A stretch of DNA of 64,000 bases from Rhodosorus marinus CCMP1338 (GCA_029953675.1 JAMWBK010000007.1:1612001-1676000), one strand, 5' to 3'. Shown: positions 12,322-24,767, counted from the first letter of the stretch. Translations and numbers: made by a program. Notes: generated by a model from the letters alone, not told the origin.

Positions 12322-13050
12322 ATCTGAAATGACTGAAATCAATCTAATAAATTAAAATGATAGATATTCAATCCAATAAAAACACTAAGAACTTTCACCA
12401 ATAAAACTATAGTAAAAACGGCATGCTCAGGATTATATTGAAATTAAATTAATTTTGTCCAATTAATACCTAGAAATACGTTTAAAAGATTGAATACACA
12501 TTTTCAAAAACATATTCATGATAACGTAGATTGAATTTTGGTGCTGGGAAATTTTGGTACAATTCGCTTTAAGAATCGTCTTTCCCTTTTCGTTCCAAGG
12601 ACTGACTGGCGCTCCTATGTTCTGAAAGCTACAGGTTTGCAGCCGATGGTCCTCTGTGGCGTGGTATTACTTCAAATCTGGTGATGCAATGATCAAAAGG
12701 TGCATTGTCGAGATTGACGTTGTCTCTGATGGTTGAGAAGTACGACTCCGCTGGGGACGCGGAAGTCAAAACCATCCGAAGGTCCCGTCTTGTTGACCAC
12801 TTAACTTGTCAGGTACGGGTCTCTTGACGTGCTCGCATACAGCGTGGATCTGCGCCAGCCCACATCCGGATCGCGTCGTCGTCCGTTATCCCTTAAAAGG
12901 ATTCTGCGACGACGTTTTCGGTAGTCCGATATAATCATGCGTGGACAACATATACAAGCACATGAAACTAATTGCATCGAATTGATCTGTAACTTATTCC
13001 TCGGTATTGAACTCTGACATATCTTACTCCCCTGCCTTATCCACCTGAGC

Positions 13051-13420
13051 AATCATCATCGTTCATGCGTTTAAGCAGCCTACTAACCCTGAGCAGCATA
13101 AAGGGAGACGGTGATGACGCGCGTCCAACAACAAAGCAGACAGTGACAGACAGGCAGATCGGCATAATCAGCCTTACGGCGCCAGAGCTTTTCAAGTAAG
13201 CCAGAGTGTCAAAACAACTCCATGGGTCTGCTCGCTGTAAAGTTGAGACATTGCATTGACCTTTGTTGAAAGGTCTGGAGTAAACAATGCTTGTTGACCA
13301 AGTAAAATTCTCCAGAATCCTTTGCGCTGTACTGCTGCGTTACTTCTCGAGGCGCTCTTTGTGCGCTCTTCCGTAGCGTACATCATTCGGGGACCTTAAC
13401 CTCCGATTAAACCGAGCTGC
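13051..13420 (-). mobile_element. 3' fragment of CRE-type (RLE) non-LTR retrotransposon
   Basis: Minus strand 13140-13051 (ttgttggacgcgcgtcatca..ctcagggttagtaggc..gatgatgatt) matches the 3' ends at 54-61 kb. Upstream decayed frame ..LLEKLWRRKAD resembles the RLE C-terminus. Confidence 0.6.
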
Positions 13421-13611
13421 CTGATCTGTCTTTAAGCATTTGCTGGGCACCGCAAAGGGATTTTCCGTCCCCTCCAGAGCGGTTCCTACTCGGTCTCTAT
13501 TAGCTCCCTAGGGCTCGAACAGCTCGTCGTCCATACCTTGGTGTCGAATTGATGTTGATGCCTTTGTTCCGATAGCAATCAACACGGTAGGTCATCCTTC
13601 CCGAATCATCA

Positions 13612-14480
13612 GGAGACGCAAGCTGCGGCGCCAATCACGTCACTCACGAAGAAGGATAAACAATGGACGTGGGGACATGAGGAGCAACTGGCGTTTAATG
13701 CGTTGAAACAGGCAATAGCAGATTCTACACTGCTATACATGCTTGATCCAGCATGCCCGTTCATCATTCAAACGGATGCCAATCCAGAATTGGAAGGCTC
13801 CCACAAACGTAAAAGAAGTACGTGCGTTCATGGGATTCGCTAGCTTCCTACGGGCATTTGTTCCTCGTTTCGCGCAAGCTGCGGCGCGACTCACGTCACT
13901 AACGAAGAAGGATAAACAATGGACGTGGGGACATGAGGAGCAACTGGCGTTTAACGCGTTGAAACATGCAATAGCAGATTCTACACTAGCAGATTCTACA
14001 ACACATCCGTCAGGTAGTGAATCAACACCGAGGGTGCATTCTTCAACCCAAACGGCATGATGTTCCACTGGTACTGTCCAAGGCTCGTCGTGAACGAGGT
14101 CTTTTCCCGTGATGATGGGTCAATAGGAAGTTGCCAATAGCCGGACCGGAGATCTAACGTTGTGAACACCTGGGCGTTACTCAACGTGTCCATGAGCTCC
14201 TCGACTCTTGGCGGAGTCGTCCTTTCCCTTCCAGTGTGTTGTTCAGCCGGCGGTAGTCCACGCACAGGCGTCTTCCCCGGTCCTTCTTATCGACGTATAA
14301 GACCGGTGCAGCGAATGGGCTTTGACTGCGTGATATGAAGCACTGACACTCCAGTTCTTTTAGCTCTTTTTTTAGTCTGTCGCGGTCTACCAACGACATC
14401 GAGCACGGTCGCCGTAATGGCGGACTCGCCCCTTGCTCGAAACGGATCTTTAGCGCGTACTGTTGCAAGTGTAGGTCACA
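13612..14480. mobile_element. Rearranged Ty3/Gypsy pol remnant (RT on minus strand; RT end/RNase H linker duplicated on plus strand)
   Basis: Minus: SPFAAPVLYVDKKD..RRLCVDYRRLN, VFTTLDLRSGYWQL..EKTSFTT..GQYQWNIMPFGLKNAP. Plus: WKAPTNVKEVRAFMGFASFLRAFVPRFA..LTSLTKKDKQWTWG..AFNALK (partly twice) and PFIIQTDA. Confidence 0.9.
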
Positions 14481-14735
14481 AAATGATTGATCTACATTAT
14501 TACATAGTATTTCAAATAATATAATCCAATGAAGTTCTACGAAACTTATAATAGAGATTGAACAGACCTTTTTTAAATAAACATTCCTGAAAAAAATTGG
14601 ATTGATCTTTCTGTCATACAAAATGGATTGATATCTCTATTATAAAATAATTCAAATAATATAATCCAATACATATTCAGAATTTCTGATTATAGATTGA
14701 ATATGCTTTTTGTTTTAATTATTCTTTATTTCTAG
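14481..14735. promoter_or_regulatory. AT-rich island upstream of RPN11 made of a diverged 140 bp tandem duplication
   Basis: Exact 20-mer ttcaaataatataatccaat at 14511 and 14651. Further paired motifs share the 140 bp offset. Contains CCAAT/ATTGG motifs. Confidence 0.55.
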
Positions 14736-14952
14736 GATTGATTTCTTTTCTTGTGTGGGTGAGGGGGTTTGACTGGGCAGACGGAAATGGTGCTGTTGAA
14801 GATGGTGGTTGGAGGTGGGCGGGGGAGGAGGAAGATAAGGGAGGATTGTATGAGAAGGAATGCGGAGTGGCTGTGGTTGTGGTTTTTGGTGAGGGTGAAA
14901 TAGATCTTTGGAAATTATCTCTTTTCAACGATCTGATAGATCGGTTTAGTAT

Positions 14953-14977
14953 TTTGGTTTGGTTTGGTTTGGTTTGG
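14953..14977 (+). repeat. (TTTGG)5 microsatellite
   Basis: tttggtttggtttggtttggtttgg read directly. Confidence 0.9.
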
Positions 14978-15050
14978 TTGTTTTTCTAGTGTTTTTTGGC
15001 CTTTTTGGGGGAGGGGGGGGGGGTTTGAAGGAGGGGGAAAACACAACAAG

Positions 15051-16207
15051 ATGGCGCGTTTTCAGAGGATTTTTAGTCAAGGGCAGGGGACGGATACACC
15101 GTTGATGGATACTGCGGAGCATATACATATTTCTTCCCTCGCGCTTTTGAAGATGTTGAAGCATGGTAGGGCTGGTGTGCCGATGGAGGTTATGGGATTG
15201 ATGTTGGGTGATTTTGTGGATGATTATACTGTGAAGGTCGTGGATGTGTTCGCTATGCCTCAGAGTGGTACTGGAGTAGCTGTAGAGGCGGTTGATCATG
15301 CGTTTCAGACGAAAATGTTGGAAATGTTGAGGCAAACCGGCCGACCCGAGATGGTCGTTGGGTGGTACCATTCTCATCCTGGATTCGGATGTTGGCTCTC
15401 CAACGTTGATGTACAAACGCAGCATAACTTTGAACAGCTCAACCAGAGAGCAGTCGCTGTCGTGATAGATCCAGTTCAATCCGTCCGCGGAAAGGTTGTT
15501 ATTGACGCATTTCGCACAATCGATCCTCAGGTAATTCTCACAAATGGACTGAAAGTTTCCGGAGCACTAGTAATGTGAAATCGTGCCTGAAAAGAAATCT
15601 TCTTTGCTTGGTTCCCTCAGGCCATGGTACTCGGAAAGGAACCGCGTCAGACTACCTCGAACGTGGGCCACTTGAACAAGTCGTCGATCCAGGCGCTTAT
15701 TCACGGCCTGAATAGACACTACTACTCGATCTCGATTTCTTATCGGAAGAACGAGCTCGAAGAGAGAATGCTGTTGAATTTGTACAAGAAGAAGTGGACC
15801 GACAGTTTGCTCGTGAGGGACTTTGAAAAGCAAACCGAGGAGAATGAGAACACAGTAAGTCGGATGAAAGCGCCGCTCTTCGCGTCGCTCGTGATGAGAT
15901 CCTCTGACGTGTTGGATTCCGTTTGAAACCCTTCTCAAACTAGGTTGGGTCTATGCTTGATCTATCAAAATCCTACATCACTGCCGTAGAGGAAGAGCAG
16001 AAGCTTAGCGCGGAGAAGCTCGCGATCGCCAGAGTTGGAAAAGTGGACGCAAAGAAGCATCTCGAAATGGATATTTCGTCGCTGATGAGCGAGAACATAA
16101 ACGATTGCCTCTGCAGCAACGTAGATCGTATCATTTTCCGACAGATTCTTCAGAAAGCAGCGGCGACCAACAACGGAAGCGTCGACAACGACAAACCCAT
16201 GGCGTGA
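15051..16207 (+). CDS. RPN11: 26S proteasome lid deubiquitinase RPN11/PSMD14, 3 exons
   Basis: [31 protein letters not shown] motif [61 protein letters not shown]. Confidence 0.97.
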
Positions 16208-17588
16208 CCCTGGACTGTGGCACAAGCTGGTCCACTCTACTCCGGCGAAAAGCGCACGAATAGGGGTCTCTCTGTAGAACAGTTTCATGCGCATTGGATC
16301 GATGCGCGCTTGGTTCTAACACTGGTTTCTACAGCAAGGAGACCCAAACCTCCTATCGACTGGACGGAAGGCAACTGCGACGTTGCTATCCTCGCCGTCC
16401 GCCGGACCAAGTCTCTTGCTCTGAAGACTTGTGTAGCAATAAACGGAAAACAGATCGACAGACGTAGAAATCAAAAGATAACAAACCTCTGCTCAAGAAA
16501 ATGTTCACAAAGCACCCTGGCAAACAGCACCCAGCTCATCCTTCGAAAGACCTGAATCATCACCGGCAAAAAAAAGAGGAACCATATAACACACAAAACA
16601 ACCCGGATTAACTTGCTTTAATCAATATCCACTTTTTGGGGGGATTCATTTCGATCCTAGCAGCTCTGCATCGGGAATGCTACGCAAGTTCATCCACTCT
16701 GCGAAGCACTCTCCTTCCATTGACAAATCTCAATTCCATTCAATCAAAACTCTGCTGACACGAACAAACTTTTAAAAGCAAGACATATATATTATTGATT
16801 GAATATATATCGTTAGTAATCAACATATATAGTATTATATGTATTAATGTTATATTTTGTAATATTTTATAGTATAATATGTAATTATAAGTAATTATTC
16901 AATGTAAAGTTTTGATTGAACTATTTTTTTTCCAGGCCATTGGGTTTCCAAATTAGGAAACGGATTTGGAGATTGGACAAGGAGGGGCTCGGAGAGGAGT
17001 TCGATCTAGTGTCTGCGAAGGCATGCGAGCTACACTTGGTTTTAAGACGTACTGCTGACCAGACTTGATCAGTAAAGGGGCTCATGAATTGTGAGATTTT
17101 CAGACAAGAACTGCTTTGGTGTTTTCGATTTGTGTGTAGTGTGTTTTGGCATAGACCAGATCAGTGGGAAGCGACTAGAACGAGAACTCTGTGATTGGGA
17201 ATTCCGTTCGTTTCGATGAGTGGGGCGAGGTAGATCGATCTAACCAGGGTCTTTTGCCCCAATATAGAAGCATCGAGAGCTCTGGAGGACATGTTCAACC
17301 TGAGTGAGAAGTAGAGATGCCCACGCGAGTTTATTTTTGGATTGCTGGGACTAAACGTCAGCCTCGGCTGGCATAGAAACAGTGCTTGTCAGTAAGCGAA
17401 CTCAAGTCAATGTGCTGAATATGGTCTTGATGAGAGCTATATCATCATGGGTACCTATTTACGGTTGTGTTTCTGTTCATGAGCTCTGGGATGTTCAGCA
17501 TAAGTACTAACTAGCGAACTAGGACGGCAGGTTCCCCCATTCACAGAGACTAAGTGATTCGCGAGGACTCATTTTTTAAAAGCACGTG

Positions 17589-18386
17589 ATGGTGAAGATA
17601 AGTCCTTACCTTAGCTTGATAGCCGTCGTCCTTTCAGTGACCTATGGAACGGTTCTGCCCACGTTGGTGAAGGATGACTGTGAGTCGATCTGTCAGCTGG
17701 TTGGCGACTATGACTACGGTAGTGACCTCAAAGGGATCTGTGAAACAATGTGCTCGACTGGGGCTAGCGGAGTAGAAGAGGACCATCAAGAGAGGTGCAA
17801 GGACACACATGAAAACTGCCAGATGGTGTCCGAGAGCAAGGAGTGGTGCGACAGCGTTCCGTTCATCAGAGCGGCATGCCCAAGGTCTTGCGGAATCTGC
17901 TCTGAAGAGACAACTGGTTCCGGATGCGGGAATAAGCGGACGATCAAAGCCTCCGCGATCATCCCGTACGCTCAAGCGAACGAGGCCTTCTGTTATTTAA
18001 ACTTCCGTTCTTCAAACATTGGCTTCATCAACCTCGTAAACCGCCGGCAGAACCATCAGATGTCTCTTGTTGCACCGAGAAAGCGATGCAACATCGACTT
18101 TGCCTCGTCTGAAATCCTCGGGAGCGTCGGCCTCAAGTTCAACGAGGATCAAGTTGAGGTCGTTGCTCAGCTTGGGGAGTGGGAACTAGCCAGTCTATCG
18201 GTTGAAATCAGAGACTCCATACCGCAAAGACTTGACGAGCACTTTGTGAGAATACCGCATCACTACACTGAGCACAAAGTGTTGGAAACGCCGTCATCAA
18301 CTGCTGCACTTCAAATAACTCTTGAAACAGAGGATGAGGAATTCTACTTGATCGTAGATGCTCAAATTTGCGCTAGCGACTCTTGA
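17589..18386 (+). CDS. Secreted protein with ShKT (ShK toxin-like) domain and an unrecognised C-terminal region
   Basis: Intronless ORF. Hydrophobic N-terminal signal (YLSLIAVVLSVTYG). Six-Cys ShKT pattern CKDTHENC-x9-C-x8-CPRSCGIC. Confidence 0.75.
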   Translation: MVKISPYLSLIAVVLSVTYGTVLPTLVKDDCESICQLVGDYDYGSDLKGICETMCSTGASGVEEDHQERCKDTHENCQMVSESKEWCDSVPFIRAACPRSCGICSEETTGSGCGNKRTIKASAIIPYAQANEAFCYLNFRSSNIGFINLVNRRQNHQMSLVAPRKRCNIDFASSEILGSVGLKFNEDQVEVVAQLGEWELASLSVEIRDSIPQRLDEHFVRIPHHYTEHKVLETPSSTAALQITLETEDEEFYLIVDAQICASDS

Positions 18387-19110
18387 AACTATGTAAAGCA
18401 ATGATGCACCTCTGCGTGGCTGAAAACTGTTGTGCTCGGAACCCACGACCCACCTGGGCTGCAGCTTTCTTCTGGAGTAAATTGGATATCTGCAGATCTT
18501 AGATATGGCATGCTCTTACGACGATCTCCGCCGGGGCGATGAGATAGCTCCGATAAGTGGTCTGCGTTGCATGACGTCCATTCCGCAGCCCCCTATACTC
18601 CGCACATTGGTCTCAGGGCTCTGAAGCATTCCCGGGTTTCCAGATCGACGGGATGAAGACATAGTCCAGTGAGTACCTGACTGTCCTACACAGTCTACAT
18701 TTTCTCTCAGAGGTCTTAAGTACACCTTGTCAGTCTCTAAGCCGACCCACACGAACGGCCCGGACTGGCATCAACCCAGCTGCTCAGGGATCATCTCAAG
18801 GGAGCTTTTCAAGTACCTAGACCATGTTAAGGACACATAGAGCAAAAAATTAATGCTCTGGGCAAGAGGTTAGAAAACCATGCGACGTAACAGCCCATAC
18901 CCCCCAGTGTCCCATTAATGGGACGACATCCAGTCGAAAAGCGATTGTTTTATTTCCAAAATTTCTGATTCTGTGTTTTGGGACGGTTCGTCTTGAATGA
19001 ATTCGAACCCGAGCTCTAATAAGAGACTTTTGGGGAGGTTGCCAGGGATTGAGAGGCGGCAGGTCTGGTGACGACAGTTTCAATGGAGAAATGGCTAAGG
19101 AAATTTAATC

Positions 19111-20088
19111 ATGGCATGGCATAATATAAGATCTGTTCAGAAAGTTAATGAGCGGGAATTGGAGCTTGGAGTTGCTTCTGGAGGAGGAGGTTCATGGTAA
19201 GAAGACGGACGCTTTCGCGATCTTCCTGCGCGTTGCTTCTTGATGTCTCATCAAAGTCAGTCTGTTTTTTTGTGTTTTTGTTTTATCGTTTTCAAAACTG
19301 TCTTCAGGCATACGTTGCACGCGAATTCTCGTCATGTCTACGTCGGTGGACTTCCGTTCAACCTCACGGAAGGAGATCTGCTGGCTGTGTTCGAGCAGTA
19401 CGGTCACATAGTCGAGCTGAATCTGGTTCGCGATAAGGATACTGGGAAGAGCAAAGGCTTCGCGTTCCTTGGATACGAAGAACCGAAGAGTACAGTTCTA
19501 GCGGTACAGAATTTCAACGGAATCTCCATTGGAGGGAGGACTGTTAACGTCGACCACGTGCGGGACTATAGACCACCCAAGGACGAGGAAGGGAATGCTA
19601 TAGATACTACAGTTCGAGCGGAAGAGTCTCCCAGGCCTGAAGTGGATATTGAGCGTGTTTCAAGGGAGATCAGACATCATATACCGCGCGAGAGAGAAGA
19701 TCCAGATGCTATCCGAGCCAGGAGAATACAAGAGAGGCTGGCCGACAGACGAAAGAGGGCTGCCGAAGATGTTCAACCAGCCGTTGGCGCATCTTCACAC
19801 AGGGCAAAGGTTCCACGTTCTGGGCGCAATCCGGCAGATGAGAGCCGCGTAGCAGCAGATCTAGAACTTCAACGGTCACGAAACGAGGCACGTGATTCAC
19901 TCGATAGGAAATCCAAGAAAGAGAAGAAGGAGAAGAAGGAGAAGAGAGAGAAGAAGGAGAAGAAAGAGAAGAAAGAGAAAAAAGAGAAGAAGGAAAAGAA
20001 TGAACGAAAAGAGAGGAAACGGGAAGAGAAGGAGAGGAACGAGCGTCAACGAAGCCCTCGAGATTCGTATTCGTATTCGGATGACTAG
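19111..20088 (+). CDS. RBMX2: RBMX2/Ist3 (Snu17) RES-complex RRM protein with KKEKKE low-complexity tail
   Basis: Exon 1 MAWHNIRSVQKVNERELELGV..SW. Exon 2 VYVGGLPFNLTEGDLLAVFEQYG..NLVRDKDTGKSKGFAFLGYE..STVLAVQNFNGI..GRTVNVDHV. Confidence 0.88.
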
Positions 20089-20664
20089 GAACCATCGAAT
20101 CACATCGTTCGTTTTTCGGACAGCCATAAACCGATCGACGCGTAGAAGGAGCGAAGCAGCGTCTCTGCACCAGAGGACATTGTGAAACGTGTGGGAATCG
20201 AGTCCGGTGCACAGTGGGCTAGGAACTCTCGAATTAGAGCGCTCGTCTTTCGTGCAGAACAGCATAAGGGACGTCATGGGTGCATGCAAAAAGTACTTCT
20301 CAGCCAAGTAGCAAATGAGCGCAACTTACAAAGGAACGAAGCAGCATCTCCAGACCAGAGCACGTCAGGAAACCTTTGGCACCGAGTGTGAAGCACGATG
20401 AGGTATACGAAGGTTCGACGGCGCCAATTCATTAGGAAGAAGCCTCTTCCGTTCGACGAGACCCAACTTTATAAATATTTATGTACGTAAAAGTGTCCGC
20501 AAAATTTGTTCGATTGTGATCAGAGTACAGACTCCCGCAGTAGTCTATTCGGCTCCATCTCTGTAGATATACAACGATAACGAGTGATCATCGCCGGAAG
20601 TACATCTACATATGCTCTGAACAATGACTTTTGGTCGGTTTAAGTCGATGCCCAACTGGTAGAG

Positions 20665-22876
20665 TCATTCCAGAGCAACTTTTCTACCTCGGCGACCACT
20701 CCAGGGGAACCTGGCCATTAACTTTGCCGCAAAGTACCCAAGAAAGATGGAACTGAGAGCGCCAAGAACCGCGGGAATCAGAAGCGCGGACAACATGCTT
20801 GCGGAGAACTCAACTACCAACATGTCTCGTGAGAAGTCTACCTGAATGATTCTCTCTATTTCCTCGACCTACGGGTTGAGACACGCGAGTAGATGAGGTC
20901 AGATTAAAGATCAAGTGGGCTCCAGATAGCAGGTTGGCTGCATCTGCACGCGCACGTCTTTTTCCATGGAAATCGCGTAAGTCAGCGCTAATGGTAGCTC
21001 GCCAAGCGACAGCTCGACATGGCTCTCTCTGGCCTTGTGTAAAGAGAACTTGAACCGTCGTACAAGCGTTTGCATATGATGTGCTCGAAGCACCACCTGC
21101 GGATCTATACGATGAACGTCGAGAGCATGGAGCACCCTGCGGAGCCTTTCCAGGTGTCGGCTGACCATCCTCTTGATAATAATACGGGCCACCCGCTCAC
21201 GTAAAGACTTTGGGACCTGAGGCCAGAAAAATGGCTTGGCTAGAGTCAGCATCAATGAACGGTGCTGCTGCACTTTCCCCAGAACAGCTACCACCTTGTC
21301 AAAGGCTTCGGGAAAACCGAAGCTTGAAATCCCGTAAGCGCTGCGCAGGAATAACATGATCAACCTGCTGTACAAAGTGTTCCGCTCCTCAACTGTTGGA
21401 ATAGTAAAGAGTAAGCCAAGCCCCGTTAGCTTAGCAATGACCTGTCTGGACTACGGGTTCAGCGTCGGCAAACAGAATCGCCTACCTCCTCCGGAGTGTA
21501 GTACAGCGGCTAAGTTTCGCACGACAAAAGTCTTGGACGTGCTTCCTGCCTACCCAACAAACAACAAGCGAATTCCATAGTTGGTGAGCTGCTTTCTTGG
21601 AGCTTTATATTGAGTAGAACTCCCGGTTCCCACCTCAGATATAAAAGCGGAGTCGCCTGAGACGTCGAAGATCAGCATTCGAACGGTGGTTGGCTTTCCA
21701 ACCGAGACAGTTGTTCTGTCCTCCGTGATCTTTTGCCCTGATCCCTGCGGAGAGGAAAGAACCTCCTTGAAGGTTTTCTCAGCGATCCTCGAGCTGTTCT
21801 CCTTCCCGACCAGATACGAGGAGGCGAAGGCTGCTGTAGCAAGCAGTTCAGAGCGCTTGGAATCCAGAAGGACCACCTTCAGCCGCTGACCTGGAACGAA
21901 ACCTTGTTCGAGTGCTCGTGCAAAATCGCTCCACGGAAATCCAAGACTGGCGGGTCTAGTTCCAGCTAAGTGGACGGTTGTCACTTCGAGGGTCAGCTCC
22001 TTGCTTATCGGCATCGCATCGTGCAGGGCATTATCGGCGAACAGCGCTCGTGCAGCTTTGCCAATATTGAAAGCAAGGGTTGGAGCGTTCATGTCTCTAC
22101 TCTTTTGAACGACGCTCCATCCAAAGCCTTCAGGAGCCATAAACGAGCTGCCTTCCGAGCAAACTTCTTCACCGCAAGAGCAACAGAAGGGTGAGCACCA
22201 TCGTTTCCCACAGTAGTCGGGTAGTTCGGTGCCTCCTCACCGCAGTCTTCTGGACACGGAACGATGTACAAAACATGTGTAGTTCGATGTGTCCTCCGTA
22301 AAAACGCTTTCAGAAGAATGCTCTCAACTTGAGCCATGTTCGGTTCAGCTTCCAACGACATGGCGATAGCGGATTCCAGTTCTGGCCCAGCGTGCCTCAA
22401 TCGATAAGTCAGGTGCTGAGAGGGACTTCGGTCGTAGAACTTGCTCATTTCTTCCTCGTAGACTCCGAAGAGATGATCAGGAAGGATTTCCTCCATGGAG
22501 ATGAGCTCTACCTCAATGAACTCAGTTCCGATTGCTCGCTGAATCTGCTCTACGTGTTGCAACATGCCAACTGGTCCTTTTGGAGTTGACGGATAACGCT
22601 TCGTCAGTTGATCTAAAATCGGTAAATATGGCGGGCAAGAGAAACAGTACCTCCCAGTGCGTCAGTGGACGGTGCCTCCAGGTCCCATTTAGCTACGAGC
22701 TCGTTGGGGAGTTTCCGGTAGACGTCGTCATTCGCAAAAGGATCCTCCGATCGAAGCCGGAAGATAATCTTCAGATCATTTTCAGCATCATGGTATCCAA
22801 ACCTTGCCTGAGTTTCCCAGACAAATGTCAGAGTCGAGAAAAACACTACTCGCAAAAGCGCCGCGGCAGCCTTCAT
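20665..22876 (-). CDS. Hypothetical type I membrane protein, multi-exon
   Basis: Chain of minus-strand ORFs. N-terminal signal-like MKAAAALLRVVFFSTLTFVWETQA. C-terminal TM SALLIPAVLGALSSIFLGYFAAKLM followed by basic RFPWSGRRGRK*. Confidence 0.6.
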
Positions 22877-23589
22877 TCCCAGTTCCAAAACAAAGTGAGA
22901 ACGACTCTCTCAGCTGAGACCTGTGAAAACCAGACCATCGTTCATATTTATTAGAAAATAGCTTCATAATCATGAAAACTTAGCCAGAGAAAAAAACATC
23001 TTGAACGCTACAGTCCAGTCATCCTCCTCGTCATCTACTCCCAACGCCCACATCGTATCCAATCGGTGACATAGTGTATGTAAGCTTACTCACAAGGTGG
23101 GACAAGCTGATGGCTACCGATGACGGCAGAGGGTCAACGGGCCAGCTTTAGGAGTCAGCTGAGCTAGCCAACTTTTAAAATACCGTCAGCTGGACACAGC
23201 CGAAACGTACCACAAAGCTATCTAAGTTTTTACTGCTCAAGAGATCCATTTGCCTCCTTTGGGACAAATCCAACAAATCTTCCAAAAATATTTGGATTTT
23301 CAATCTTGGGACAAAATGAGAAAAATGTCCCATTTTGGTAGAAAAAATGGATTGGTTGGGTGTGGAGGAGATCGGTTCGGGGGAGGATGAAGTAGAGAAG
23401 TTTCGGAGAAAGATGGAAGATATGGAGGTTGTTTCTGATAACGTTTTGGCTGGATACTAGAGCTTTCTGTATTGGATTCCTTCGAAATAAGATATCTTTG
23501 TTTCTTTTTGCAAAGGAGCAGAAAAAAAATTCTGGGTTTCTCACAGGAATGGAACTTTGGCGGATGTGGTCTAGGGCTTCGTTTGGCGT

Positions 23590-24767
23590 ATGGAGAAGGG
23601 CTCTGTGAACGTTGAGAAGACGGCGATCGACAAGGAGGATGGAGCTTTTCGTGGATTGAGTTTGGCTGGAGGCAAGCTCTTGGTTTGCTTTGAGCGGTGG
23701 ATATCTGTTCTGAAGATTCTTGAGCCGGACGGCGTCGAGAATGAAGACTTAGAGAGACTGTTTAGTTTATCGCCCCCTGAAGATTTGGATTTTCAGGCCG
23801 CGGCAATTTGTTCTTCCGGTTCGTGGATCCGTAATAACAGGCCGTGTTTCAAGCTGGGTTCGTCTAAGAAGAATCTCTGCATTTTGTTTTCTCGAAACCA
23901 GGTGTAGTTTTAGTGAAGAGCGTCGCCCGTGATCGACTTTCGGGCTCCTTTGCGGCGTTCTCCGGTGACAAGGCAGGTGGTGCGATCATTCGTATCTCGC
24001 TAAAGGTTTCCGAGGACGAAGCAGAATCGCCTACCAGCGAGATCCATCCTGGCGGTTTCGGGTCCATCGCTGTGTCTGTCAGACCCGAACAGAATACAGT
24101 TGACGTAGCCGTCGTTACTGGAGCCCATGCGATCGAGAAGTTTGAGTTCTCTGCAGACTTTCGGACCCTCCACGGACGCCATCATTTCAGCTTTGGAGAC
24201 TACAGCTCCCGAGCCACAGGCAGGGTACTAGGTGTCTGTGCGCAATCGGAAACGCTCGTCGCCCTGACTGACTTGTGCATAGCAGCATGGCGACTGGATA
24301 GTAGACAGCTGCTCTTCTGTCAGCCTTTTTCGAAGGATGGATCTTGTCTTCGTACCATGACTTGGATCGGGATGGCGCTTCCAGCGGAGCTGGAGAACGA
24401 TAGTAGGTCCTCTTCCTCGACAATCTCACCCTTCACGGCCCTGGCGGTGCTTAAAATGGCCGCTGTTCAGAGGAATTTGATCAAGTTTTTCTGGGTAAGC
24501 ACAGGAGTGCTCGCCGAATTCGCAACTTTGACTGCAAACCTGGAGGAGGGCGATCCGATCTCTCACATCGTCTTCGACGGGAAGAGAAGCATTGTCTTCC
24601 TGGCTGCAAGAAGTCTCACTGTGCTCGGTTCTCAGCAGCTGAAGATCAAGGGCAGCCTTCCTCTTGGAGCGGGAGAAGGAAAGCCAGTCTCGGATGCCGT
24701 TGCAGAAGATGGAGTCTTGGTCTATGCTGTCGAAGGTTCTGTACAAATCGTACGCTTGCCTTTCTAG
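23590..24767 (+). CDS. Hypothetical protein, possibly degenerate beta-propeller
   Basis: Two long ORFs joined by a probable intron near 23812-23901. Beta-strand-like hydrophobic alternation; no family recognised. Confidence 0.45.

Noticed and set aside
12874-12914. 8 bp inverted repeat cgtcgtcg/cgacgacg
   Set aside because: Single occurrence with low-complexity CGT arms; plausible by chance.
19910-20040. AAG/GAG purine repeat as a standalone satellite
   Set aside because: It encodes the KKEKKE tail of RBMX2.
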